Shown: positions 7,534 to 17,078, numbered from the stretch's first letter. The stretch is DNA of 64,000 bases from Phycisphaerales bacterium JB043 (GCA_043101425.1 JBICIA010000003.1:1-64000), one strand, 5' to 3'. Translations and numbers: made by a program. The notes: a model not told the origin generated them from the sequence alone.

Positions 7534-9570
7534 TTAAGGATCAGGGAAGTACTCGTTCCATCGTGACGTGACGAGCTGCTTTGTGTCTTCGTTGGCGCAC
7601 AGCACGTCGGGCCAGTCGCGTACCGGCATGTCGTTGATCGAGTCGGCGTGGTGCTTCGGGCGCGCGTCGAAGGCGATGCGGCTGTCGAAGTGGAGGCAGT
7701 CGCGCGAGGGGTCGATGTTGGCGACCCAGTGGAAGAGCGCCATCTCGAGATCGTCGACGGGCACGTCGGTCCCGAGCACGATGGCGAACCTCGGCGAGTG
7801 CGCCGGGAGCAGGTCGAGCGTTGATGCCAGTGATTCGCGAGACATGGAGTTGTCGACCCAGAGCAGGAGCCACGCGTGGTCGAGTTCCGCGGGCATGGAG
7901 ACGCGGGCGATGTGCTCGTGCTCGAGCAGTGTCGCGGTGATCGTCGCGCGCGCGTCGTTGTCGAGCGGCTTGTAGGGTGTGTGTCCGAATCCTGGTGCGC
8001 CTGCGCGCGTGCGTGTGGCGTCGAGTCCGATCTTGCCGCCGGCGCCGAGGTGGGTGGAGGCGTGGTCGAGGATGTCGAGCGGGCCGAGCGTGTGCTCGAT
8101 GTCGGAGGATGGGTGGCAGTGTGTGGAGATGGCGCGCAGGACCTCGAAAGGGTTGTGCACGTCGACGTCGTTGTCGACGACGACGACGAGCTTCGTCCAC
8201 GACATCTGTCCGGCGCCCCAGACGGCGTGCATGATGCGGCGCGCGTGGAGGGGGTACTGCTTGTCGATCCTCACGAAGGCGGCGTTGTGGAAGGCGCCGA
8301 ACGTCGGCAGGTCGTAGTCCTCGATGTCGGGGGCCGTCGTCTTGAGCAGCGGCAGGAAGATGCGCTCGACTGCCTTGCCCATGGGGTAGTCCTCCTGGAC
8401 GGGGAGCCCGACGATTGTGGCGGGGAAGATGGGCCTCGTGCGCATCGTGATCGCGCTGACCTCGAGCAGGGGGTAGCGATCGGGGAGGGAGTAGAAGCCG
8501 GTGTGGTCACCGAAGGGGCCCTCGAAGAACGCGCCTGGACCGAGCGTGTCGTGCGTGGGGTCGCGTGGGTCGAAGCCTGGTGTTCCGGCCTCGTGTGAGA
8601 CGTGTCCCTCGATGATGATCTCCGCGTTGGCGGGCACGCGCAGCGGGACGGTGATGGCGTGGCACATGCGGATTCCGCGACCGTTGAGAAAGCCTGCGAG
8701 AAGCAGCTCGGAGATGCCCGGCGGGAGCGGGGCGATGGCGCCGAATGGGAGCACCGACTCGCCCCCGAGCGCGATGGCGACGGGCATGGGTTTGCCCTTT
8801 GCTTTCCACGAGCGCCAGTGCGCCGCGCCGTCGTGGTGCATGTGCCAGTGCATGGCCAGGTGTCTGGGCGAGACGAGCTGGAGACGGTACATGCCGACGT
8901 TGTGCGAGGAGGGTTTGGGGTTCCTGTCGTCGTCGGCGTGGATGGTGTGGACGCCCGCGAAGGTGATGTATCGCCCGCGGAAGAAGGGATCGGCGCGGAG
9001 TTCTGCGCCGGGGACGCTGTCGTTGATGTCGGGCGGGTAGCCGACCGCGCCGAGGTCGCCGTCGTGGGGCCAGCAGGTGATCAGCGGGAGGCGCGTCAGG
9101 TTGATAGCGTCACCAGTAAGGACGATCTCCTGGCACGGGCCGGTCTTGACTGTCTTTGGGGGGATGCGCATGAGCGGCGCGAAGCGCCTCAGCGCGCTCC
9201 ATATCTCAGCGAGGGAGCGCGGCGGCTCGGGTTTGATGAGCTGCGCGATGCGGTCGGCGATGGACGACAGCCCGCCGGTGGTGTCGCACCCGAGCGCCAT
9301 CTCGAGCCGGTGGTAGGAGCCGAGCGAGTTGATGAGGACGGGGATGTCGGAGCCCTCGACGTTCTCGAAGAGGAGGGCGTGCCCACCGAGCACTCCGTGC
9401 GCTCTGTCGTTGTCGAGTGTCGATGTGTCGGGTGGGTGTGGGCAGAGCGATTTGACGACGCGATCGGTGATGTGGGCGATCTCGAGAACTGGCGAGACGG
9501 GGGCTTTGATGCGTCTGAGCTCGCCCGCGCGATCGAGCGCGCTCACAAACTCTCCCAACGAGGAGTGCAT
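7534..9570 (-). CDS. UbiD-family (prenylated-FMN dependent) decarboxylase with ~180 aa C-terminal extension
   Basis: N-terminus LGEFVSALDRAGELRRIKAPVSPVLEIAHITDRV aligns with the UbiD start (LRDFL..LE..GELKRI..PVDP.LEI.EI.DR). Total 678 aa versus ~490 typical. Confidence 0.85.
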   Translation of the reverse strand: MHSSLGEFVSALDRAGELRRIKAPVSPVLEIAHITDRVVKSLCPHPPDTSTLDNDRAHGVLGGHALLFENVEGSDIPVLINSLGSYHRLEMALGCDTTGGLSSIADRIAQLIKPEPPRSLAEIWSALRRFAPLMRIPPKTVKTGPCQEIVLTGDAINLTRLPLITCWPHDGDLGAVGYPPDINDSVPGAELRADPFFRGRYITFAGVHTIHADDDRNPKPSSHNVGMYRLQLVSPRHLAMHWHMHHDGAAHWRSWKAKGKPMPVAIALGGESVLPFGAIAPLPPGISELLLAGFLNGRGIRMCHAITVPLRVPANAEIIIEGHVSHEAGTPGFDPRDPTHDTLGPGAFFEGPFGDHTGFYSLPDRYPLLEVSAITMRTRPIFPATIVGLPVQEDYPMGKAVERIFLPLLKTTAPDIEDYDLPTFGAFHNAAFVRIDKQYPLHARRIMHAVWGAGQMSWTKLVVVVDNDVDVHNPFEVLRAISTHCHPSSDIEHTLGPLDILDHASTHLGAGGKIGLDATRTRAGAPGFGHTPYKPLDNDARATITATLLEHEHIARVSMPAELDHAWLLLWVDNSMSRESLASTLDLLPAHSPRFAIVLGTDVPVDDLEMALFHWVANIDPSRDCLHFDSRIAFDARPKHHADSINDMPVRDWPDVLCANEDTKQLVTSRWNEYFPDP

Positions 9571-9606
9571 GGTGCGATGGTATTCGATTCGGGTTGCGGG
9601 CGCGAG

Positions 9607-10482
9607 TCAGCCGGAGCCGAGCTCGACGCCGCGATCCCGAGCCGACACGAGCGCTCTGACGATCGCGTCGTGGACGTCGTCGCGTTCGAGGGACTCGATC
9701 GCGGCCTGCGTGGTGCCGCCTGGGGACGTGACCGCCTTGCGGAGATCCTCGGGGGATTGGTCGAGGAGCTCGGAGAGCAGCTTGCCCGAGCCGCGGATCG
9801 TTTGTCTGACGATGGCGTCTGCGGTCTGCTCGTCGAAGCCCATCTGTCGAGCAGCGGTGGTCATGGCCTCGGCGAGATAGAAGGTGTAGGCGGGGCCCGA
9901 GCCAACGACGGCGGTGTAGGCGTTCATCATTGACTCGTCGATGCGGGCGACCTCTCCGACGGCCTCGAAGAGGCGGACGGCCAGCTCGTCGTCGCCCTGC
10001 TGTGCGCCGTCGCCCAGGGCGATGGCGGTCATGCCGCGTCTGACGCGGCATGGTGTGTTGGGCATGCAGCGCACGACGCGCGCGTTGTCGCCCAGGGCTG
10101 CGCGGATCCTTGTTGAGGGGACGCCGGCGAGGATGGAGATGATGACGCGCGGGCTGGAGAGGGGGGCGTTGGCGTCGCGCGCGACCTCCTCGAGGACCTG
10201 GGGCTTGATGGCCAGTAGGAGCTGGGTGTTGTCGTCGATGATGGTGGCGAGGTCCTCGGCGCGTTCGACGCAGCGGATGCCGAGGTTCGTCAGGACCTGT
10301 CGCTGCGGGGCGGATGGGTCGGCGACGCCGACCTCCCATGTCTCGGCGATGCCGGAATCGAGAGCGCCCATGAGCAGCGCGCGCGCCATGTTGCCGCCGC
10401 CGACGAGCGCGAGCTTGACGGGTCGTGATTCGGTCATGAGCTGCCCGTTCTGCGCTGATGCTTTGATTCCAAACCTCGGCAT
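9607..10482 (-). CDS. proC: Pyrroline-5-carboxylate reductase
   Basis: Rossmann motif LALVGGGNMARALL. C-terminal signature TSPGGTTQAAIESLE. True start may be the internal ATG at 10437 (MTESRPVK). Confidence 0.85.
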   Translation of the reverse strand: MPRFGIKASAQNGQLMTESRPVKLALVGGGNMARALLMGALDSGIAETWEVGVADPSAPQRQVLTNLGIRCVERAEDLATIIDDNTQLLLAIKPQVLEEVARDANAPLSSPRVIISILAGVPSTRIRAALGDNARVVRCMPNTPCRVRRGMTAIALGDGAQQGDDELAVRLFEAVGEVARIDESMMNAYTAVVGSGPAYTFYLAEAMTTAARQMGFDEQTADAIVRQTIRGSGKLLSELLDQSPEDLRKAVTSPGGTTQAAIESLERDDVHDAIVRALVSARDRGVELGSG

Positions 10483-10513
10483 GGGTCTCTCTCAGTGCTG
10501 GCTCGGTGCTGGC

Positions 10514-12217
10514 TTACTGCTGGGTATGCACGGTCGTGCCGCCCACGATGGTCTGCTCGACGCGGATGTCACCGAGCTGGTCCGGGGGTGTTGACAGGAT
10601 ATCGCGATCGAGGATGAGCATGTCGGCCTTGTAGCCTGCGCGCAGCATCCCGGTTGATTGTTCCGTGTGGAGGCACCAGGCGGCGGCGCGTGTGTAGGCG
10701 TGCAGGGCCTGCTCGATGGTGATGGACTGCTCGGGGACGAAGGTCTTGTCGTCGAGTGTTCGTGCGTTGACTGCTGCGGCGATGGCGAGGAAGGGGTTGA
10801 CGGAGACGACGGGCCAGTCGGAGCCGAAGGCGAGGGGCGCGTCGGTGTCGAGCAGCTCGCGGAAGGCGTAGCTGGTGGTATTGCGCTCCTGGCCGATGCG
10901 CTGGTCGGCGTAGCGTCCGTCGTCGGCCTTGTGGTAGGGCTGCATGGAGGGGATGACGCCCAGTGAGCCGAAGCGGGCGACGTCCTGTGGCGTGAGGTGC
11001 TGTGCGTGCTCGACGCGTGGTCGGACTGCGTGGCGGGCGTCCTCGGGGACCTGCGCGAACCAGTCGAGGAGTTGCTCGTTGGCGCGCGTGCCGATGGCGT
11101 GGACGGCTGGCTGGAGGCCCATGGCGGCGCCCTCGAGGATGAGGTCGCGCAGGAGCCCGGAGCCGGCCATGGCCAGGGGGAACCCGGCGTTGTCGTGGGC
11201 GATGTTCTGTGGGTTGTCGAGGTAGGGCTCGTGCATCCAGGCGGTGCGCGAGCCGAGGGAGCCGTCCATGTAGCCCTTGAAGCCGAGGACCTGGACGTGT
11301 GTGGAGGCGTGTCGGCTCGAGCTGGCCCATTCGAGCTCGGGTCTCCATTCTTCGAGGGTGTCGGCGCCCATGGAGATGGTCGCCTGGACTCTTAGAGTTA
11401 GCTGTCCCTCGTTGTCGAGCGGGATGACGACCTGTCGCAGGAAGTCCGGGGACTCGATGGCGCCGACCTGGGTGATGCCCATGGCGTGCGCGTGGTCCTG
11501 GGCCTTGTGGAGCAGCGCGATCCAGACGGAGGAGGAGGTGGATGGGACGTGTCGCCCGACGAGACCCATCGCCTGCTCGAATATCGCGCCGGTGGGGACG
11601 TCGTTGGCGTCACGCTCGATGGCGCCGCCGGGCGGGTCCTCGGGTGTGCCGCGCGTGATGCCTGCGATCTCGAGCGCGCGTCGCGATGCGATGAGAGAGT
11701 GTCCGTCCATGCGGGTGAGGAGGACGGGGCGGTTGTCGGAGGCCTGGTTGAGCTCGTCGGCGGTTGGTGGGGTCTGATCGGGCCAGCTCTCGGCGGACCA
11801 GCCGCGCCCCTGGATCCACGCGTCGTCGGGGAGCTCGTCGGCTGTGTCGCGGATGATCTCGAGGAGGTGCTCGCGTGATGTCGCGCTGCGGAGGTTGAGG
11901 ATGTCGAAGGAGCGGGCGGCGTTCTGGAGGTGGACGTGGGTGTCGATGAGGCCCGGGATGATGCGCTTTGATCTAACGTTGACGCGGGTCGTGTCGGGGG
12001 AGTTGAAGGCGAGCGCGCCGTCGTCGTCGCCGACATAGAGGATGGCGTCGCCTGCTATGGCGATGGCGGTTGCGTGCGGGTTGCGCTCGTCGGCTGTCCA
12101 GATGTTGGCGTTGTAGTAGATGGTGTCGGCGGTCTGCGCCTGCGTGGCGATGGATGTGAGCGACACGCACAGTGCGATGCAGCAGAACAGTCGACGCATG
12201 CTCATGGCAACTCCCAC
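10514..12217 (-). CDS. Secreted amidohydrolase-family (amidohydrolase_3) metal-dependent hydrolase
   Basis: Signal peptide MRRLFCCIALCVSLTSIATQAQT. Metal-binding motif PGLIDTHVHL. Length 567 aa, typical of the family. Confidence 0.8.
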   Translation of the reverse strand: MGVAMSMRRLFCCIALCVSLTSIATQAQTADTIYYNANIWTADERNPHATAIAIAGDAILYVGDDDGALAFNSPDTTRVNVRSKRIIPGLIDTHVHLQNAARSFDILNLRSATSREHLLEIIRDTADELPDDAWIQGRGWSAESWPDQTPPTADELNQASDNRPVLLTRMDGHSLIASRRALEIAGITRGTPEDPPGGAIERDANDVPTGAIFEQAMGLVGRHVPSTSSSVWIALLHKAQDHAHAMGITQVGAIESPDFLRQVVIPLDNEGQLTLRVQATISMGADTLEEWRPELEWASSSRHASTHVQVLGFKGYMDGSLGSRTAWMHEPYLDNPQNIAHDNAGFPLAMAGSGLLRDLILEGAAMGLQPAVHAIGTRANEQLLDWFAQVPEDARHAVRPRVEHAQHLTPQDVARFGSLGVIPSMQPYHKADDGRYADQRIGQERNTTSYAFRELLDTDAPLAFGSDWPVVSVNPFLAIAAAVNARTLDDKTFVPEQSITIEQALHAYTRAAAWCLHTEQSTGMLRAGYKADMLILDRDILSTPPDQLGDIRVEQTIVGGTTVHTQQ

Positions 12218-12346
12218 CTAAGTTCCCCTCTCACTCCTATGCACACCATACACAGGCGTGGGAGAGTGTGCGAGCGGGCGTTAGCAGACGCAAACCCGAG
12301 TCGATGGGGACGCGGTTTCCTCGTGGGATCGGGGTGGATACAGTGA

Positions 12347-13279
12347 GTGCTCGGGCGGGTGCCAGGAGCGCGTCGCCCCGCATGGATGGAGCACGCGCGC
12401 ATGGGCACGAGCAGCGAGAAGGTCAACGGGAAGTCTTCCGGGAGGCGCTCGAAGCGATCGGCGTGGGAGACGGTGCAGCTGGCGCGTCATCCCGAGCGCC
12501 CGCAGACGCGCGACTACATCGAGATGATCTGCAAGGACTTCTGCGAGTTGCACGGCGATCGCCGGTTCGGCGACGACGTGGCGATCGTGACGGGCTTTGC
12601 GCGCATCAAGTCGATCAAGTGCCTGATCGTCGGGCACCAGAAGGGTCGCGACACGAAGGAGCGCATCGCGTGCAACTTCGGGTGCGCGCACCCGGAGGGA
12701 TATCGCAAGGCGCTGGCCAAGATGCGTCTTGCCGAGAAGTACAGCCTTCCGATAGTGACGTTCGTGGACACGCAGGGCGCGTACCCTGGTGTCGGCGCCG
12801 AGGCGCGCGGGCAGGCGGAGGCGATCGCGGTGAACCTGCGCGAGATGAGCCGTTTGCGCACGCCGATCGTGACGGTTGTGATAGGAGAGGGCGGCTCGGG
12901 CGGTGCGCTGGGCATCGCGGTGGCGGATCGCGTGGCGATGCTGGAGAACGCGTGGTACTCGGTGATCAGCCCCGAGGGATGCGCGGCGATCCTGTGGAAG
13001 GAGTCAAATCCCGAGACGAACTCCAAGGCCGCCGAGGCGCTGTTCCTGACCGCGAAGCACAACCTGAAGCTGGGCATCGTGGACGACGTGATCGACGAGC
13101 CCGGGGCCGGCGCGCACGAGAGTCGCGAGGAGACGGCGTCGAACATCGAGCGCTGGATCGCCGACAGGCTCAGGCGGCTGGGACGCTCGAAGCCTGAGAA
13201 CCTTGTGCAGCGTCGCTACAACCGGTTCCGTCGTCTGGGCGAGTACGAGGAACGCGTGCTGGCTCGTGTCGAGTCATGA
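12347..13279 (+). CDS. accA: Acetyl-CoA carboxylase carboxyltransferase alpha subunit
   Basis: AWETVQLARHPERPQTRDYI, GHQKGRDTKERIACNFG, GAYPGVGAEARGQAEAIA, VIGEGGSGGALGIAV, VISPEGCAAILWK. Matches E. coli AccA nearly throughout. The N-terminal coiled segment is short, so the start is uncertain. Confidence 0.9.
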   Translation: MLGRVPGARRPAWMEHARMGTSSEKVNGKSSGRRSKRSAWETVQLARHPERPQTRDYIEMICKDFCELHGDRRFGDDVAIVTGFARIKSIKCLIVGHQKGRDTKERIACNFGCAHPEGYRKALAKMRLAEKYSLPIVTFVDTQGAYPGVGAEARGQAEAIAVNLREMSRLRTPIVTVVIGEGGSGGALGIAVADRVAMLENAWYSVISPEGCAAILWKESNPETNSKAAEALFLTAKHNLKLGIVDDVIDEPGAGAHESREETASNIERWIADRLRRLGRSKPENLVQRRYNRFRRLGEYEERVLARVES

Positions 13280-13321
13280 TCCTCGCGAGATATTGACGCC
13301 ACCAGTTGCTGGACGTAGCCT

Positions 13322-14257
13322 GTGTCGCTCCGCAGGAACCCGATGTTCGGGTTATGTTCATCGTATTTTCATTCGCATCGGATCGGCGATGTGATCTGGG
13401 GGCCCGACGTGGCCAAGAAGAAGAAGACGACCCGGAAGAAAACGACCGCGAGCTCGCGTGGCAAGAAGAAGGTCGCGCGGAAGCCAGCGACCAGAAAGAA
13501 GACCACGTCGAGGAAGACGGCTTCGAAGAAGGCATCCTCACGCAAGAAGGTCGCGAAGAAAGTCTCGCGGGCCTCCGCGAAGAAGAAGGCCACGAAGAAG
13601 AAGCCTGGCGCGAAGAAGACCAGCAAGAAGCCAGCCAGGAAGACCGTCGCGAAGAAGACCACGAAGAAGGCGCCCGCCTCGAAGAAGTCGTCCTCGAAGA
13701 AGAAGACATCGGGCAGGGTGATCAAGGAGGCGCCGTCCCCGGCGCAGGCGAACGCGCCCACATTGACGGACGCGCGAGCGGCCGCCGCGAAGCTGGCGGC
13801 GATGGCGGGGCTCCCGACGCTGAAGAAGCGCACGATGCACAACGAGACGCACGAGGAGACGCGTCCGAAGCTGACGAAGACGCCGTTCAACAAGCGTCAG
13901 CTTGACAAGTTCCGCGGGGTGTTGCTGGTGAAGCGTGCGCAGGTGCTTGGCGATGTGACGGACATGGAGGACGAGGCGCTGGGTCGGGGCGACTCGGAAC
14001 TCTCCTCGCTGCCGCAGCACTTGGCGGACCAGGGCTCGGATGAGTACGACCAGTCACTGGCGCTGGGGCTTGCTGCGTCGCAGCGTGCGCTGCTGCTGGA
14101 GATCGATGACGCGATCGGGCGCATCGACAACAAGACCTATGGCATCTGTGAGCTTACGGGCGTGCCCATCAAGCAGGAGCGCCTCGATGAGACGCCCTGG
14201 GCGCGCTACAGCGTCGAGGGCGCTCGCATGGCCGACTCTGGTCGATTCACGCCGTGA
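13322..14257 (+). CDS. DksA/TraR-family C-terminal domain fused to a ~100 aa lysine-rich histone-H1-like N-terminal tail
   Basis: N-terminal half is KK/AKK/TKK repeats (AKKKKTTRKKTTASSRGKKKVARKPATRKK...). C-terminal half has a DksA-like coiled coil and tip (SLALGLAASQRALLLEIDDAIGRIDNKTYGICELTGVPIKQERLDETPWARYSVEG). GTG start at 13322; an in-frame ATG at 13343 is an alternative. Confidence 0.7.
   Translation: MSLRRNPMFGLCSSYFHSHRIGDVIWGPDVAKKKKTTRKKTTASSRGKKKVARKPATRKKTTSRKTASKKASSRKKVAKKVSRASAKKKATKKKPGAKKTSKKPARKTVAKKTTKKAPASKKSSSKKKTSGRVIKEAPSPAQANAPTLTDARAAAAKLAAMAGLPTLKKRTMHNETHEETRPKLTKTPFNKRQLDKFRGVLLVKRAQVLGDVTDMEDEALGRGDSELSSLPQHLADQGSDEYDQSLALGLAASQRALLLEIDDAIGRIDNKTYGICELTGVPIKQERLDETPWARYSVEGARMADSGRFTP
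13400..13720 (+). repeat. Coding low-complexity AAG/AAGAAG (Lys-rich) repeat tract
   Basis: Direct observation: successive gcgaagaag, acgaagaag and tcgaagaag units encoding KK-rich repeats. Confidence 0.6.
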
Positions 14258-14922
14258 CACACGATGGTTCCGCAGAGCGGAGCTGGCGGAGCGTGCGCGC
14301 GTGGGCGGTTCTTGTTGGTGTGATGCTCGTTGGCGTGGGGTTTGATCTGTGGACGAAGTCGCTTGCGTTCGAGCGCATCGCTGACGATCCGGTGGTCGTG
14401 CATCGCGAGGACGTGCTGGCGGTGGGGGCGTCGCGGATCGGCTCCCTGATTCCGTCCCATGAGCCCGTGGTGGTCGTGCCGAGCGTGCTGGAGCTGACGC
14501 TGGTGCTCAACCCCGGCGCGGTGTTTGGCGTGGGCGCCGGGCAGCGTTGGTTCTTCGTGATGTTCACGCTCGCTGCCGGCGCGTTTGCGATGTGGCTCTT
14601 CTGCACGTGGACGCGCCCCCGAGACTGGCTGGCGCACGCGTCGCTGGGTCTGGTGCTCTCGGGTGGACTGGGCAACCTGTACGACCGGCTGGTGTTCGCG
14701 TGCGTGCGTGACTTTCTGCATCCGCTCCCGGGCGTTCGGCTGCCCTTCGGGCTGGCGTGGCCGGGCGGCGAGCGTGAGATCTGGCCCTGGGTGAGCAACG
14801 TCGCCGACGCGGTGCTGCTGGTTGGCATCGCGGTGCTGCTGGTGAAGCTGTGGCGCACGCCCGAGCCCGTGAGCGGTGAGCCCGTGCCCGAGAGGGACGA
14901 GTCAGACCAGAGCGGGGAGTGA
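14254..14922 (+). CDS. lspA: Lipoprotein signal peptidase (signal peptidase II)
   Basis: DLWTKSLAF, LNPGAVFGVGAG, GGLGNLYDRL and four TM segments. ATGA overlap with the dksA-like stop. Confidence 0.9.
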   Translation: MTHDGSAERSWRSVRAWAVLVGVMLVGVGFDLWTKSLAFERIADDPVVVHREDVLAVGASRIGSLIPSHEPVVVVPSVLELTLVLNPGAVFGVGAGQRWFFVMFTLAAGAFAMWLFCTWTRPRDWLAHASLGLVLSGGLGNLYDRLVFACVRDFLHPLPGVRLPFGLAWPGGEREIWPWVSNVADAVLLVGIAVLLVKLWRTPEPVSGEPVPERDESDQSGE

Positions 14923-14923
14923 G

Positions 14924-15874
14924 TCAGGTCGCCGACTGGATGTGGCGGATCTGCGCCGCGTTGGAGCGGAGCGTGTCGATCATGTCGCGGATCTCGTCGG
15001 CCATGCGAGAGTTTGGGAACTCCTCGAGGATCTCCTCGGCGACCTCGAGGGCCTTGTTCCAGCTCTTGTCCTGGACGAGCAGCTTGAAGCGGACGCCCAG
15101 GTTTTCTTTGGCGCGCCCGATGACACCTCGTGCGACCTCGCGGAAGTGCGCGGCTTCGTCCTCGGTGAGGTAGTGGTCGAGGTTCTTGAGGAGCTCCATG
15201 GCGCGGTCGGTCTCCTCGCGCTGGGCGGCCTCGAGGAACTCGCGTTCCAGATCGAGCTTGCGTCGCTCTTTGGCGCTGGCGACGAGCTGCTGGAGTCCGT
15301 CGACGCGCGGGGACTCGGGGTAAAGGCGCTGGATTGACGCGGCCTCGGCGAAGGCGTCGGTCCAGCGCTGCTCGTCGATGATCTGTCTGAGGTTGCTGAT
15401 GGCGCTCTCGACCTCCTGGGAGAGCGTCTCGGCGCGGGCGCGCTCGATGCGGCCTCGGAACTGCTCGGCGTCGACGCGATAGCCGAAACGCTCGGCGAGC
15501 TCCTTGACGAGCACCATGGCGGCGTTCCAGTCCTTGTCGGTGATGTCCTGCTCGATCGCCTTGCAGAGCAGGTCGCGCTCTTGGCGTCGATGGAGGACGC
15601 GCTTGGCGGCCTCGGAGAGCCCCGACTCCTGCGTGAGCGTCTCGATGGAGTTGGCCATGTGTCGCACCTCGCGCGCCAGCTCGGATGATTCGTCGAACTG
15701 GTCGGAGGAGGACCCTATGGCGATGAGGATGGCGAGCGGCGCGATGACGAGCACGACAGCGATGACGGTGATCGCGATGGGTGCGTCGAACCAGTCCAGT
15801 GTGAGATACACGCCGATCACAGCGGAGAGGATCAGCAGGTAGTAGATGAGGACGATTGTCGAGCGGGTGTTCAT
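14924..15874 (-). CDS. Hypothetical membrane-anchored coiled-coil protein
   Basis: Two N-terminal TM helices (IVLIYYLLILSAVIGVYL, IAITVIAVVLVIAPLAILIAIG) then a ~250 aa charged helical region. No recognisable catalytic motif. Confidence 0.55.
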   Translation of the reverse strand: MNTRSTIVLIYYLLILSAVIGVYLTLDWFDAPIAITVIAVVLVIAPLAILIAIGSSSDQFDESSELAREVRHMANSIETLTQESGLSEAAKRVLHRRQERDLLCKAIEQDITDKDWNAAMVLVKELAERFGYRVDAEQFRGRIERARAETLSQEVESAISNLRQIIDEQRWTDAFAEAASIQRLYPESPRVDGLQQLVASAKERRKLDLEREFLEAAQREETDRAMELLKNLDHYLTEDEAAHFREVARGVIGRAKENLGVRFKLLVQDKSWNKALEVAEEILEEFPNSRMADEIRDMIDTLRSNAAQIRHIQSAT

Positions 15875-15896
15875 TGGGGTCTCGTAGGGCTATTCG

Positions 15897-16286
15897 TCAG
15901 CTGGCGGGTGTGGGATCTCCGCAGTTGCGCTCCACCGGCACCAGGCAGAGAAACCGGAGGGTTGTGTTGTTCGTGGATCTGAACTGGTGCTCCTCGTCGG
16001 CGGGCACGTAGAGGCAGTCGCCTGGCTTGATGGGATGCTCCAGGGCGTGGAGCAGGAGCGTGCCCTCGCCGTCGAGGACGACGACCTCGTGCTCGTAATC
16101 GTGCGAGTGGCGTGGGGTGTGCCCGCCCGGCTCGACGCAGATCTGTCGCATCGCGAAGTTCGGGGCGCCGTCCTGGCGTCCGATCATGATGGACATCGAG
16201 ACGCCCTCTGCGCCCTCCATGTCGGCGCGTGAGCAGCGAGTGGAGTCCACGTTGCGAATAAGGGCTTGCTGTGAGGTTTGGCTCAT
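15897..16286 (-). CDS. Cupin-domain protein
   Basis: Cupin_2 motifs GGHTPRHSHDYEHEVVVLDGEG and PGDCLYVPADEEHQFRS. Confidence 0.75.
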   Translation of the reverse strand: MSQTSQQALIRNVDSTRCSRADMEGAEGVSMSIMIGRQDGAPNFAMRQICVEPGGHTPRHSHDYEHEVVVLDGEGTLLLHALEHPIKPGDCLYVPADEEHQFRSTNNTTLRFLCLVPVERNCGDPTPAS

Positions 16287-16319
16287 GCCCCGATTCTACA
16301 CCAGGTGTAGGATGGAGCC

Positions 16320-16994
16320 ATGCAGAAAGCTGAGAAAGAGGAGCGGGCGCAGCTTGTCATCGAAAGGGCGGTGTTGGGGCCGTTCGAGACGAATTGCTAC
16401 CTGGTGCGCGTGGGTGCGGGGAGCGACGCTCGGTCATGGTTCGTGGACACGGGGTTCGATCCGGGCGCGCTGATCGCGTTGGCGGAAGAGGCCGGCGTGG
16501 TTCCCGAGGCGGTGGTGTTGACGCACGCGCACGCGGATCACATCGGCGGGCTGGAGCGGGTGCGCGCGGCGTACCCGGAGATCCCGATCTGGATCCACGA
16601 GGCGGAGCGGACCTGGCTGACCGATCCTGACTTGAACCTGAGCAGCGGCTTCGGGGCGCCGCTGGTGATGCCGGAGCCAACGAGGCTGCTGCGTGGAGGT
16701 GAGACGCTGGAGCTTGGTGGGGTGCGGTTCGATGTGCTACACACGCCTGGGCACTCGCCCGGCGGGATCACGCTGCACGCGCCGGATCACGGCGTGGCGC
16801 TGGTGGGCGACACGCTGTTCGAGGGCTCGATCGGGCGGTTCGATTTTCCGACCAGCGACGAGGGCGCGCTGTTCGCGACGATCCGCGAGGTGCTCTACGC
16901 GCTTCCGGATGAGACGAGGGTGCTGCCCGGGCACATGGGCGAGACGACTATAGGACGAGAGAAGCGGACGAACCCCTTTGTGAGAGGTGTCTGA
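16320..16994 (+). CDS. MBL-fold metallo-hydrolase (glyoxalase II-like)
   Basis: VLTHAHADHIGG motif, downstream HTPGHSPG and conserved D/H residues. Confidence 0.85.
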   Translation: MQKAEKEERAQLVIERAVLGPFETNCYLVRVGAGSDARSWFVDTGFDPGALIALAEEAGVVPEAVVLTHAHADHIGGLERVRAAYPEIPIWIHEAERTWLTDPDLNLSSGFGAPLVMPEPTRLLRGGETLELGGVRFDVLHTPGHSPGGITLHAPDHGVALVGDTLFEGSIGRFDFPTSDEGALFATIREVLYALPDETRVLPGHMGETTIGREKRTNPFVRGV

Positions 16995-17022
16995 GCGTGG
17001 AATGTGCGAGAGGGGAGTGGGC

Positions 17023-17051
17023 TTGACTGGATTTGTAGCATATGCTACATT
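17023..17051 (+). promoter_or_regulatory. Putative promoter (TTGACT, 17-nt spacer, TACATT) overlapped by 16-bp palindrome TGTAGCATATGCTACA (candidate metalloregulator operator)
   Basis: Sequence gcTTGACTggatttgTAGCATATGCTACATTtcc sits 28 nt upstream of the SBP gene start. The perfect palindrome covers the spacer and -10. Confidence 0.4.
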
Positions 17052-17078
17052 TCCATGAACTCGAAGGGAGCTTTCATC

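Noticed and set aside
9206-10339. 377-aa minus-strand ORF (R/P/H-rich) overlapping proC in another frame
   Set aside because: Composition is the typical arginine/proline-rich artefact of an off-frame read in high-GC DNA. proC in the other frame has unambiguous family motifs.
12172-13197. Alternative +1 frame ORF overlapping accA that would extend an N-terminus
   Set aside because: Its translation has no similarity to the AccA N-terminal helix. The accA frame matches E. coli AccA from the LARHP motif onward, so the short N-terminus is accepted as real and no frameshift is called.
16445-16470. tRNA T-loop-like motif GGGGTTCGATCCGGG
   Set aside because: Lies inside the MBL-hydrolase CDS. Flanking sequence cannot form a T-stem or acceptor stem. 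No tRNA genes were detected in the window.
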